From the NCBI GenBank assembly GCA_965231035.1, contig OZ246409.1, positions 151,101 to 183,100 of the forward strand: 32,000 bases of DNA. Direction: 5' to 3'. The stretch's first letter is position 1, and every line of letters begins with the position of its first letter. The translations under genes were made by a program, and so were the position numbers. Source of the stretch: an uncultured Muribaculaceae bacterium. GTDB lineage: Bacteria; Pseudomonadota; Alphaproteobacteria; Rs-D84. This document shows, in pieces, positions 24,239 to 32,000 of the stretch. Under the pieces are notes generated by a model that saw only the letters and a program-made list of their open reading frames with translations, had not been told where the DNA came from and made no database searches.

Positions 24239-26008
24239 TTATTTTATAAAACCTTCGGATTGCAGCTTCCACATTTTTGCGTAAATTCCATTTTTCTTTT
24301 TTATCAGCTGTGAATGTTTACCACTTTCAACGATTTTACCCTTGTCCATTACAATAATTCTGTCCATTTGTCTCAGTGTACTTAATCTATGTGCAACTGC
24401 CAAGGTTGTTCTATCGCGCATCAGATTTGCAAATGATTTTTGTATTGCCGTTTCTGTTTCAGAATCCAATGCACTGGTTGCTTCGTCTAAAACCAGAATA
24501 GGGGCATTTTTTAATATTGCATGTGCAATCGCAATACGTTGACGCTGACCACCGGATAAAGTTATTCCGCGATCACCAACATATGTTTCATAACCATGTT
24601 CTGTACGCATTATAAAATCATGTGCGCGTGCTTGTTTCGCCGCAGAAATAATATCTTCCTTTTTTACACTTTTTTTACCATAGCTGATATTTTCCCCAAA
24701 AGTGCGGTTAAACAAAACTGATTCTTGGGGAACAAATGAAATATTGTTTCGCAAAGATTCTTGCCGAACATCAGAAACATTTTTTCCATCAATTTTGATT
24801 GTTCCAGAATTAACATCATACAGACGCATTAATAAATACAACAATGTAGATTTTCCAGCACCAGAAAGTCCAACAATTCCAACTTTTTCGCTAGATTTTA
24901 TGTGTAGATTCAAATTATGAACAACCCATTCATCCTTGTACTTGAATGATACATTATTAAAATCTATCTGTGTACTTTTGGGTTTCAATTCAGTTGCATT
25001 CTTTTTATCTGTGATATTTACTGACTTTGATATACTTGCATAGCCTTGGCGTGCCGACGCCCAATTTTCTGTAATATCCGGCAAAGACCAAGTAAATTCA
25101 CGAACCAAGTTCATCATCATAAAAAATGCAGTTATTGTAAATGCAATATCCGGTAAACCAATCTGACCAAGACCATAAAGCCAAGTAATTATGAAAAGCA
25201 AACAAGCAATACAAAACTTTTCAAATAAAAACGGTACAGCCCAGAATTTTCTGACATAATAGTTTGATTTTTGTCTTGCTGCGGCGTGTTTATCTCTGAA
25301 TATATTCAAATATTTTGTTTCGTCAAATTTGTGTGAAAATAATTTTATATTTAAAAAATTAGAAACAGAATCAACAAATTTTCCCACCAAAATTGAACCT
25401 TGCTTAGTAGCATAAACCTCGGCATCTGTCATGTCTTTTAAATGAAAACTGCACCAAATCAAACGAAATCCTGCAACAACTATAAACAATGTAAGAACAG
25501 CCCAATGAACATGAGATAACATAGAAATATTTATAATAACAGATGCAATTAACGTTATAAATATTTTTGGATATTCCATAGTTATTTTTGCGTAATTGTT
25601 CAGAACATAATTTGCCTGTTCAACTAAAAATCCAGAAGAATTATCTTTAAAAAAAGCCACTGATTGTTGTGAAATATTTTCATAAACTTTTTCAGACATA
25701 TGTTTTTTTATAATTGGTCTTAATTTTCCGCTTATCCAAGATTCTATTATTTCCAAGACCAGAAAAAAAGCATGTAAAGATACAACCAACAAAACAATAG
25801 GTAATAAAACAGATAATAAATTGTTTGCAACACCAAATCCAGAAACACCAACCTCATCCAAAAACCATTTAACAGTAAACTGATTTATAACACTGTTAAA
25901 AATATCAACAGCAGCCATGGCAATAACGCTGAATATAATATAAGGCCAATATCTTTTTAAGGATTGTTTATAAAATCCAAACAAAGTCTTAGGAAACAAA
26001 CTCTTCAT
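24239..26008 (-). CDS. ABC exporter, fused permease/ATPase (ABCB/MsbA-like)
   Basis: N-terminal six-TM domain. Walker A GLSGAGKST, signature LSGGQRQRIAIA, Walker B ILVLDEATSALD, H-loop AHRL. Confidence 0.88.
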   Translation of the reverse strand: MKSLFPKTLFGFYKQSLKRYWPYIIFSVIAMAAVDIFNSVINQFTVKWFLDEVGVSGFGVANNLLSVLLPIVLLVVSLHAFFLVLEIIESWISGKLRPIIKKHMSEKVYENISQQSVAFFKDNSSGFLVEQANYVLNNYAKITMEYPKIFITLIASVIINISMLSHVHWAVLTLFIVVAGFRLIWCSFHLKDMTDAEVYATKQGSILVGKFVDSVSNFLNIKLFSHKFDETKYLNIFRDKHAAARQKSNYYVRKFWAVPFLFEKFCIACLLFIITWLYGLGQIGLPDIAFTITAFFMMMNLVREFTWSLPDITENWASARQGYASISKSVNITDKKNATELKPKSTQIDFNNVSFKYKDEWVVHNLNLHIKSSEKVGIVGLSGAGKSTLLYLLMRLYDVNSGTIKIDGKNVSDVRQESLRNNISFVPQESVLFNRTFGENISYGKKSVKKEDIISAAKQARAHDFIMRTEHGYETYVGDRGITLSGGQRQRIAIAHAILKNAPILVLDEATSALDSETETAIQKSFANLMRDRTTLAVAHRLSTLRQMDRIIVMDKGKIVESGKHSQLIKKKNGIYAKMWKLQSEGFIK

Positions 26009-26035
26009 CTACAATCCCCAATTTATACAAGTTGT

Positions 26036-26064
26036 ATTCTATCACAAATTGGGACTTTTTTCAA
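26036..26064 (-). promoter_or_regulatory. Candidate promoter of the ABC exporter-corA unit
   Basis: The reverse strand reads TTGAAA (26064-26059), a 17-nt spacer, then TAGAAT (26041-26036). An SD GGGGA lies before the ATG at 26008. Confidence 0.45.
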
Positions 26065-26088
26065 AACACTATGAAATTAAATAAAAAA

Positions 26089-26165
26089 TGGTCGGGGTAG
26101 CGGGATTCGAACCCACGACCCCTTGCACCCCATGCAAGTACTCTACCAGGCTGAGCTATACCCCG
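26089..26165 (-). tRNA. tRNA-Pro (anticodon GGG), with encoded CCA
   Basis: The reverse complement folds as acceptor CGGGGUA/UACCCCG, D-arm GCUC..GAGU, anticodon stem CUUGC/GCAAG with loop AUGGGGU, T-arm GUGGG-UUCGAAU-CCCGC, discriminator A, CCA; 77 nt. Confidence 0.9.
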
Positions 26166-26284
26166 ACATCCGTGAATTTATACAATTACAATTTATTAAA
26201 ATCAAGTGCATATTTTCCACTTGCACGAATCGGTGCATTGTGATTAGTATTCGGCATATAAAAAAACTCAAAGGGAGATGTCTG

Positions 26285-26662
26285 GTGATAGTTGGAATTG
26301 GTATAGATATGGTCGAGTGCCAAAGATTCCTGGATTGGTCGGCATTCAAAAAACAGAGAATATTTACAAAAAAAGAATTAGAGTATGCTGAAAACGACAA
26401 CGCAAATGTCGAAAAGCATTTGGCAAATTTTTGGGCCGCACGCGAAGCTTGCTTGAAAGCTATGGGAACAGGGTTCGGTGAAGAAATTGCCTTTTCAGAT
26501 GTTTCTGTTATCCACACAGACTCTGGCAAACCAGAACTTCTTATCATCGGCGGTGCCAAGGCTGCATTAAAAGAACTGGCAGGTTGTACTGCACGTGTTC
26601 ATCTTTCTATAACAGATCAAAATGATTATTCAGCTGCAATAGTAATAATAGAAAATCAATAA
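26285..26662 (+). CDS. acpS: Holo-[acyl-carrier-protein] synthase
   Basis: (M)IVGIGIDMVECQRF...FTKKELEYA...HLANFWAAREACLKAMGTG...SGKPEL...HLSITDQNDYSAAIVIIE. GTG start at 26285 with AAGGGAG 7 nt upstream. The track's longer ORF from 26123 overlaps the tRNA. Confidence 0.85.
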   Translation: MIVGIGIDMVECQRFLDWSAFKKQRIFTKKELEYAENDNANVEKHLANFWAAREACLKAMGTGFGEEIAFSDVSVIHTDSGKPELLIIGGAKAALKELAGCTARVHLSITDQNDYSAAIVIIENQ

Positions 26663-26674
26663 AATCTTAGAATT

Positions 26675-26707
26675 AAAAATGCCGCAATTTTTGCGGCATT
26701 TTTTTAT
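26675..26707. terminator. Bidirectional intrinsic terminator shared by acpS (+) and the 573-aa gene (-)
   Basis: Stem atgccgcaa (26679-26687), loop ttt, stem ttgcggcat (26691-26699), flanked by an A-run and a T-run. Confidence 0.8.
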
Positions 26708-28425
26708 TCTGAATAATTACTGTCTGGTGATGGTGCCTGATAATTTTCATCAGCAACAAATCTTCTTTCGCCAGAAACATCATAAGTTGGTTTTCTTGGA
26801 CCCATTTCTGGTGCTGAGGCTGGTTGCATCATTTGCTGAGGTTCTTCTGCCGGTAGTGCAGGTGGCATTGTATTTCCAGAATCATCTGATTGAATTGGCA
26901 GTTCAGGTGCCTGTTGTGGTTCTATGACAACTTCTGGGGCTGATGCTTCTGCTGTTTCGTTTATCACTGCTGGTGCAGGTTGTGGTTCTGTAACAACAGG
27001 TTGTTCAACTTCAACCGGAGCAGGTTCTGCAACTTCTGCTGGGGCTGCTTTTTCAGCCTGGATAAATGGACTTTCGACATTTGCCTCTTGGACAACAACT
27101 GGTGCTTCTTCAACAGCTTTTGGTTGTTCTGAAATTGATTCTTGGACAGATTGTTTTGCCAAATCCGGAACTGTATCAACTGTTCTTTTTTGATACATCC
27201 AAAGTGTAAAAACTGATAAAACAATTAATACGACCAATAAAACATAATACAAAGCATTTGGACGCTTATGATGTTCAATCATTATTTGTTCTGGACCAGA
27301 AATAGGCGATATAGGTCTGACAACAGGTTGTGGTGTCGGAATTGGTGTAATAGTTTCCAATACAGGAACTTGTTTTGGTTGTTCTGGAATAATAACAGGT
27401 TCTGGGGACAAAGTTTGCCCGATGGTCGGCGGAACAAAAGACAAAGGTGCCGATGGTATCTCTGCAACAACTGGTTTTACAACAATTGGTTCTGTATGTA
27501 TAACTGGTGCAAGAGCAGGTTGTTCCAAAGGTTTTTGAGTAAAACTGAAATCAATAGGCTTAAAAGCTATTCCTTGGTCCATAATCTTTGGGTCTTGATC
27601 AAACAACGGTTTTACTTCTTCTGACATTTCTTGTGCCTTTGGTTCTTCTTTCTTAATTTCTTTTCTTGTTTCGTCTTTTTTATCCAGTATACGACGCGCA
27701 ATTTCTGCATCTTCTTCGGCCACAGCCATACGTCTTTGAGCATTCTTCAAACGTTTCATCGCACGTTTCAGTTTTGCATTAGTCGCATCAATCTGAGATT
27801 CAGTTTTTAATATCTTGGCTGCAGATTGTTTGGTTGGCTCTTTACCAACTTGTTTTTTTTGCTTTGATAATTTATCACGCAACTTTTTCAATCTGGATTG
27901 CAGCTCTCGCATAGTTTCACCAGTTTTTGAAATTGTTTCACGTGTTTTTTTGATTATTTCTGTGGATGCAGCCAATCTGTCAGCAGCAGCACGTTTTATC
28001 GAAGAATTTCTGAAATCTGATAAATCTTCCAGCGCAAATGTTAAATCTGCAGATTTTTTGTAATCGTTTATAAGTTTGTCATAAACCGCCAGACCACTGT
28101 ATTCAATATCCAGCTTTTGATATTTATTATCAACCTTTGGACGGATTGTTTCTAAATCCACACCAAAGTCATTTGCCAATATATCATCCCATTTGCGATC
28201 CCCAATCGGATTTATAATCAACAATACATTTGGCTTTCTGTCATCAAAAGTCTTATCTAAAACAAATACCAGCTTTTCTGCACCGTCATAATAAGCCGTA
28301 AAGTCGTTCCCAGAAATACTAAAATCCTTGGGCGACAGTTTTGTTTGTGTATCTGCCGAAGTCTTTGGCGGGGTTTTGGTCAAAGGCTTTGTTTTAACTG
28401 AAATGTTTTCTCTCTCTTTTTTCAT
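26704..28425 (-). CDS. Bitopic membrane protein: N-terminal globular region, coiled coil, Pro-rich linker, TM helix, Pro/Glu/Ala-rich C-terminal tail (573 aa)
   Basis: Heptad-like charged segment (RETISKTGETMRELQSRLKKLRDKLSKQKKQ...KLKRAMKRLKNAQRRMAVAEEDAEIARRILDKK). Single TM ALYYVLLVVLIVLSVFTLWMY. Low-complexity PAPAEVAEPAPVEVEQPVVTEPQPAP. The start is 3 nt after the gcrA stop. Confidence 0.75.
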   Translation of the reverse strand: MKKERENISVKTKPLTKTPPKTSADTQTKLSPKDFSISGNDFTAYYDGAEKLVFVLDKTFDDRKPNVLLIINPIGDRKWDDILANDFGVDLETIRPKVDNKYQKLDIEYSGLAVYDKLINDYKKSADLTFALEDLSDFRNSSIKRAAADRLAASTEIIKKTRETISKTGETMRELQSRLKKLRDKLSKQKKQVGKEPTKQSAAKILKTESQIDATNAKLKRAMKRLKNAQRRMAVAEEDAEIARRILDKKDETRKEIKKEEPKAQEMSEEVKPLFDQDPKIMDQGIAFKPIDFSFTQKPLEQPALAPVIHTEPIVVKPVVAEIPSAPLSFVPPTIGQTLSPEPVIIPEQPKQVPVLETITPIPTPQPVVRPISPISGPEQIMIEHHKRPNALYYVLLVVLIVLSVFTLWMYQKRTVDTVPDLAKQSVQESISEQPKAVEEAPVVVQEANVESPFIQAEKAAPAEVAEPAPVEVEQPVVTEPQPAPAVINETAEASAPEVVIEPQQAPELPIQSDDSGNTMPPALPAEEPQQMMQPASAPEMGPRKPTYDVSGERRFVADENYQAPSPDSNYSE

Positions 28426-28428
28426 TTC

Positions 28429-28986
28429 TTACTTTTTCTTTGATGGAGTGAACTGATATGCGCATTTACAATGTTCATAACAATAAGGTTTTCCTACGAA
28501 CACTTGTTCGCCACAAAAATGAAAGCTTTCTGAATCTGGATCACCAATAGGCCAACGGCACTGATCTTGGCGTAAATTTGCCATTCCCAGTGAATGCTGA
28601 ACAATCCGCTGGTGCATTGCCAGATTCTTTGGTGATGATTTATCCAATTTGGAAACTTTTTCAGCGACTGGTTTTGCGGCTGTTTTCTCGTTTTCTGCTT
28701 TTTTTGCCGGCTTTTTCTCAGAAACTTGCTTTGCCCCAGGTTTTGCCACAGACTTTACAGAAGATTTTTTCGCTGCAACCGGTGTTTTCGGCTTTTTTGC
28801 AACTGCTTTTTCCACAGTTTTTGCACTGACGCCACCGGCCTTGGAATTCCAACCCAATCTGTTTAATTTACCAACAATAGCATTCTTGGACATACCCAAT
28901 CTTTTGCCAATTTCTGCGGTTGACAGACCTTTACCAGTTAATGCTTTTAATTTTTTAAGCGTTGTAGTATCCCAGCCTTTGCTCAT
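28429..28986 (-). CDS. gcrA: Cell-cycle transcriptional regulator GcrA
   Basis: N-terminus W....LKKL...GLSTAEIGKRLGMSKNAIVGKLNRLGW, a Lys/Ala/Pro linker, and C-terminus QCRWPIGDPDSESFHFCGE.V..GKPYCYEHCKCAYQ. This is the characteristic GcrA architecture. Confidence 0.9.
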   Translation of the reverse strand: MSKGWDTTTLKKLKALTGKGLSTAEIGKRLGMSKNAIVGKLNRLGWNSKAGGVSAKTVEKAVAKKPKTPVAAKKSSVKSVAKPGAKQVSEKKPAKKAENEKTAAKPVAEKVSKLDKSSPKNLAMHQRIVQHSLGMANLRQDQCRWPIGDPDSESFHFCGEQVFVGKPYCYEHCKCAYQFTPSKKK

Positions 28987-29013
28987 TTATAAGTTCCTTC
29001 ATTTGATTATTAA

Positions 29014-29022
29014 TGGTATAAT
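29014..29022 (+). promoter_or_regulatory. Extended -10 promoter element for the prepilin peptidase operon
   Basis: TGgTATAAT (TG at 29014-29015, TATAAT at 29017-29022), about 40 nt upstream of the ATG at 29061, which has an SD GGGGA. Confidence 0.4.
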
Positions 29023-29060
29023 TCTAGCATAGTTACGAATCGAAGGGCAAGGGGAAAAAC

Positions 29061-29525
29061 ATGTTTTATTACTTGATTTTTGCAATTTTATTACTGGCAG
29101 CAGCGTGGTGCGCATTTCAGATGTCAGTATCTGATTTTCGACGCAGAATTATCCCAGATGCCTATCTTTTCCCATTTATGATTTTGGGATTGTTGGTTGT
29201 AACTTTTTTCCCTTGGGTTTCTTCAACTAGTGACTCGGTTATTGGTGCTGCTTTTGGGTATGCAATGGGATCAGTTGTAGGATTTATCTTTGAAAAAGTG
29301 AAAAAGAAAAAGGGCGAATTTTCGCCAATCGGTATGGGTGATGTAAAATTGCTGGCGGCTGGGGGAATTTGGCTGGGGTTGACAGGTTTAGCAATGGCAA
29401 TTATAATTTCTTGTATTTTTGGTGGAATTTGGGGGATGCGCAAAAAAGAAAAATATATCCCATTTGCACCATTCTTTTTCATGGGTGGAATTTTGTCTTT
29501 GATTAGCCTTTGGTTTTTGGTATAA
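29061..29525 (+). CDS. A24-family prepilin peptidase (CpaA/TadV-like, no methyltransferase domain)
   Basis: 154 aa polytopic membrane protein with both aspartyl motifs: SDFRRRIIPD and GMGDVKLLAAGGIWLG. Confidence 0.8.
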   Translation: MFYYLIFAILLLAAAWCAFQMSVSDFRRRIIPDAYLFPFMILGLLVVTFFPWVSSTSDSVIGAAFGYAMGSVVGFIFEKVKKKKGEFSPIGMGDVKLLAAGGIWLGLTGLAMAIIISCIFGGIWGMRKKEKYIPFAPFFFMGGILSLISLWFLV

Positions 29526-29542
29526 TCTGTCAAAGAGAGAAT

Positions 29543-30523
29543 ATGAAAAAAGTTTCAATTTATCTTTTGGCGGGCTTTGCTCCATTTTCATCTGCATTTG
29601 CAGTTGATTTTCCGGCTGGGAATAATGTTCAGCCTTTATCAAAATATGGCGAAATTCAGAACGTCAGCAACTATTCATCAAATCCAAATTGGAATCATAA
29701 CGGCGCATACAATCAAACTATGCCGACACCTGTTTATGTCCAAGGGGCGGCGGTAAGCACCGAAGAATGTCAATCACTTGTATCTGGACTTGTTGCATCT
29801 GGGTGCAGTATGCAAAACAATTGTGTTGGTGTAAAATTAAATGATATAAAACCAACAATTATGGTTCAATTATCCCAAATGCCAGAACACAATTATGTTA
29901 GTGCTTGTGGCGGTTATATTGATTCAGCATTTAATTCTTATGTTTTAAATCAGGGCGTCGTCGTAAAACCAGTGACTTTCCCAAATGCTGTTTTTCCAGG
30001 AAGCAATTCTGAACAAGAAGATTTTAAAATAAAAAATCCTTATGCGATGAAGTATCCCGAATGGAATGGTGAAAAATGGTTTCAAGGTATTGTTGATCGT
30101 TCCCAAGAATTAGGTGCTTTGCAGGCAAAAAATGCAGAAGATACAACTTTGGTTGCAACAGATATGCCAAAAACTGCTGCGGATATGACATTTGAACAAA
30201 AGATTGCAAATTCAACCGAGGGTTATGAACAGTGGAAGGCAAAGTATGAATGGGTCGAAGATTCTGATGGTAAAAGACAATGGGTATGTACCAAGAATTG
30301 TGCATATCAAACTTTGAGTATAGAAAGTACAAAATCCGCATTACAACGCGAATCCGAAGAATTAACCAAACAAAAAGAAGTTGATAAACTTAAAATGACC
30401 AGGGATGCTTATTGTAAAAAATATCAACAAGAGCCCGAGTGTAATGAAAATAAAAATAGTACTTATACAAATAATAATACTGGATCTATAAAAGTTAAAT
30501 TGAAAGGTTTTGTAAAAAAATAA
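29543..30523 (+). CDS. Exported hypothetical protein, 326 aa
   Basis: Signal peptide MKKVSIYLLAGFAPFSSAFA/VDFP, with the ATG at 29543 preferred over the track's start at 29510. Several Cys pairs and a charged, coiled-coil-like C-terminus. It starts 17 nt after the peptidase gene. Confidence 0.7.
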   Translation: MKKVSIYLLAGFAPFSSAFAVDFPAGNNVQPLSKYGEIQNVSNYSSNPNWNHNGAYNQTMPTPVYVQGAAVSTEECQSLVSGLVASGCSMQNNCVGVKLNDIKPTIMVQLSQMPEHNYVSACGGYIDSAFNSYVLNQGVVVKPVTFPNAVFPGSNSEQEDFKIKNPYAMKYPEWNGEKWFQGIVDRSQELGALQAKNAEDTTLVATDMPKTAADMTFEQKIANSTEGYEQWKAKYEWVEDSDGKRQWVCTKNCAYQTLSIESTKSALQRESEELTKQKEVDKLKMTRDAYCKKYQQEPECNENKNSTYTNNNTGSIKVKLKGFVKK

Positions 30524-30532
30524 AAACTAGAA

Positions 30533-32000
30533 ATGAAAAAAATTATAGTAGCGTTTTTTATAATCTTTTCTGCGAATGCCTTTGCATCGACTGGTTTTGA
30601 TAATTGCAAAAATAAAATTGAGACAGCTTTTTCTGTGGCATTAAATTCTTCTAAGCTGAATATTAACTCCAGCACAGTTGGCGATGATATTGCTAAAATA
30701 CTGCAACCAGTATTTAATAATACATTACTAAAAGATCCAGATTGTATTGCTGCTAAAGACGAATTATTAGAGTATAAATCTGCTGACCTCAGCATTAGTA
30801 TGTATGGAAGAACTATTGAGATTAGCTTAGAATTTTCTTCAACTAACGAAGAAGTTCCAGGCGGTATAAAATACACATTTCCATGGTATGGTATACTGGT
30901 TGTAAAGAAGGGTTCTTTAGATAAATTTGCAAGTGCAGAAACACCTTTAATTTCCAGTGTTTATATGAAAAATAATTCAGATATATTTTTTCCAGAATCC
31001 AATAATGGTGTTTTTATGGGAATGACTTCGGGATGTACCAGTGGAAATCATATGGCAAATGACAATGATGTCATTAATCGTGCAGCACACATAACCAGGG
31101 ATGAAAATGATAGCTTCTGGAGTGGCAATGATTATTACATTTATAATGGCAAAGATGTTTATTGGGGAACTGCAACTTTGGTTGGTGAAGTTGCACTTGC
31201 GGTTCTTACTTTTGGTGTAAGCGCAGGTGTCCAAGGTGGTGCTAGTGCCGTTGCTGCTGCACCTGGTGCAGCAAAAGCAATAGAAACTGCTGTTAAAGCG
31301 GAAGAGGCCGCAAAATTGGCTTATGATGCAGCTAGCGGTGCGGAAAAAGTTGCAAAAGCTGCTGAATTGGCAAAGGCTACTAAAGCTGCAAAAATTGCGC
31401 GTGCTGAAGGTAAAATTATAATAAAAGCAACAACCGGATTACCAGAATATATGAAGGCTGGTGGAAATTCTGCACAAATAATTGGTGAACTTGGTCGTGT
31501 TGTTAGTGTTTCTAGACCCCTTACTTTTTCCGATAAGATTTGGAGATTGGCTCGCGGTGCCCAATATGCAATAAGACCTAAAGGTATTCTGACATCTGTT
31601 AAAGCAATGTCTTGGAAGAAAAAACTAACTATAGCTGCGGCGACTACGGCTGTAGGAGTTGGTGCGGCAAGTTTCGGTAAAGATCTTTTAAAAACAGTTG
31701 GTAATTATTCAGAAGCCGAACAGGAACTTGCTGACGGTGTTAAATTTAATGCTTATGGATTATTATCTGCCGATGATCTTGAAGGACGAGAAAATGAACT
31801 ATCTCATGGTTCATATATAAAATTTGATATTCCTAGCCCTGATGACGATGATGATGTACGAAATGAAGCCGAAGCTTTTGCAGAAGCTTTCAAAAGTGAT
31901 ATAGACGAAGTGAATATTAATGGATTATGTGATTTGGATATTTATGTAATTCGACCAGCTGTTGGTGAAAACCAACAAGTATATTATCTTATTTTGACAG
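30533..32000 (+). CDS. Exported/membrane hypothetical protein, at least 489 aa (runs off the window)
   Basis: Not in the ORF track because it has no stop in the window. I translated 30533-31999 by hand and found no stop codon. Signal peptide MKKIIVAFFIIFSANAFA/STG. Later there is a hydrophobic stretch TATLVGEVALAVLTFGVSAGV, an Ala/Lys-rich amphipathic region, and a second hydrophobic stretch LTIAAATTAVGVGAASF. It starts 9 nt after the preceding gene. Confidence 0.7.
   Translation, partial: MKKIIVAFFIIFSANAFASTGFDNCKNKIETAFSVALNSSKLNINSSTVGDDIAKILQPVFNNTLLKDPDCIAAKDELLEYKSADLSISMYGRTIEISLEFSSTNEEVPGGIKYTFPWYGILVVKKGSLDKFASAETPLISSVYMKNNSDIFFPESNNGVFMGMTSGCTSGNHMANDNDVINRAAHITRDENDSFWSGNDYYIYNGKDVYWGTATLVGEVALAVLTFGVSAGVQGGASAVAAAPGAAKAIETAVKAEEAAKLAYDAASGAEKVAKAAELAKATKAAKIARAEGKIIIKATTGLPEYMKAGGNSAQIIGELGRVVSVSRPLTFSDKIWRLARGAQYAIRPKGILTSVKAMSWKKKLTIAAATTAVGVGAASFGKDLLKTVGNYSEAEQELADGVKFNAYGLLSADDLEGRENELSHGSYIKFDIPSPDDDDDVRNEAEAFAEAFKSDIDEVNINGLCDLDIYVIRPAVGENQQVYYLILT

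Noticed and set aside
22733-26165. Classical integrative genomic island at tRNA-Pro
   Set aside because: There is no integrase, recombinase or transposase gene, and I found no direct repeat of the tRNA 3' end (tggtcggggtagcgggattcgaacc) near the distal boundary at 22730-22800. Only the compositional anomaly is kept, as a low-interest finding.
26123-26284. N-terminal 54 codons of the track's 179-aa ORF upstream of acpS
   Set aside because: This part overlaps tRNA-Pro on the opposite strand and has no similarity to AcpS. The conserved AcpS N-terminus (IVGIGIDMVE) starts at the GTG at 26285, which has a good SD.
26924-29032. Plus-strand ORFs antisense to the 573-aa gene and gcrA (26924-27193, 27268-27624, 27815-28063, 28578-28829, 28649-29032)
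   Set aside because: They arise as mirror frames of Pro/Ala/Lys-rich low-complexity coding sequence. gcrA and its partner are strongly supported on the minus strand.
29037-29041. GANTC (CcrM methylation) site GAATC in the spacer of the putative gcrA promoter, as evidence of methylation-dependent autoregulation
   Set aside because: A single 5-mer with a degenerate middle base is expected by chance in a 74-nt intergenic region at appreciable frequency. No CtrA (TTAA-N7-TTAA) or DnaA box accompanies it, so it is not supportable from sequence alone.
30463-31234. Minus-strand ORFs 30463-30876 (137 aa) and 30977-31234 (85 aa)
   Set aside because: They are antisense to the long plus-strand ORF starting at 30533. 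That ORF has a signal peptide, a 9-nt operon spacing and no stop through position 32000, so the minus-strand ORFs are shadow ORFs.

Overview
This is a compact, AT-rich bacterial chromosome segment. It is probably alphaproteobacterial: it carries a GcrA cell-cycle regulator, a ruvB-ybgC-tolQRA linkage and a type-A RNase P RNA. Most of it is housekeeping. On the minus strand there is a nine-gene, tightly packed operon (hydrolase-like, ruvB, Nudix, ybgC, orphan, tolQ, GNAT, tolR, tolA), then corA, an ABC exporter, tRNA-Pro(GGG), and gcrA followed by a membrane protein. On the plus strand there are rnpB, an exported orphan, an OmpR/EnvZ-like two-component pair, argS, rplM-rpsI, tig, rpsA, adk, acpS, and an A24 prepilin-peptidase operon. 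The standout is at the left end. A 7.25-kb gene (396-7646, minus strand) encodes a 2416-aa signal-peptide protein with about 157 cysteines by my hand count. It combines Cys-free Listeria/Bacteroides-type (InlB B-repeat, Flg_new-like) modules with arrays of Cys-rich units of 60 or 77 residues; 16 of the 18 units are exactly that length, with fixed Cys offsets. A second paralog with a TTG start, absent from the ORF track, follows at 327..1 and runs off the window. Secondary points of interest are: three very AT-rich genes wedged into junctions of the conserved ruvB-ybgC-tolQRA block, including a GNAT that splits tolQ from tolR; an alpha/beta-hydrolase-like protein that has lost its nucleophile; a coiled-coil/proline-rich bitopic protein translationally coupled to gcrA; and an orphan prepilin peptidase co-transcribed with two exported proteins. 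I saw no CRISPR array, transposase, integrase or recognisable defence genes. All domain calls are by-eye motif recognition, since no searches could be run.
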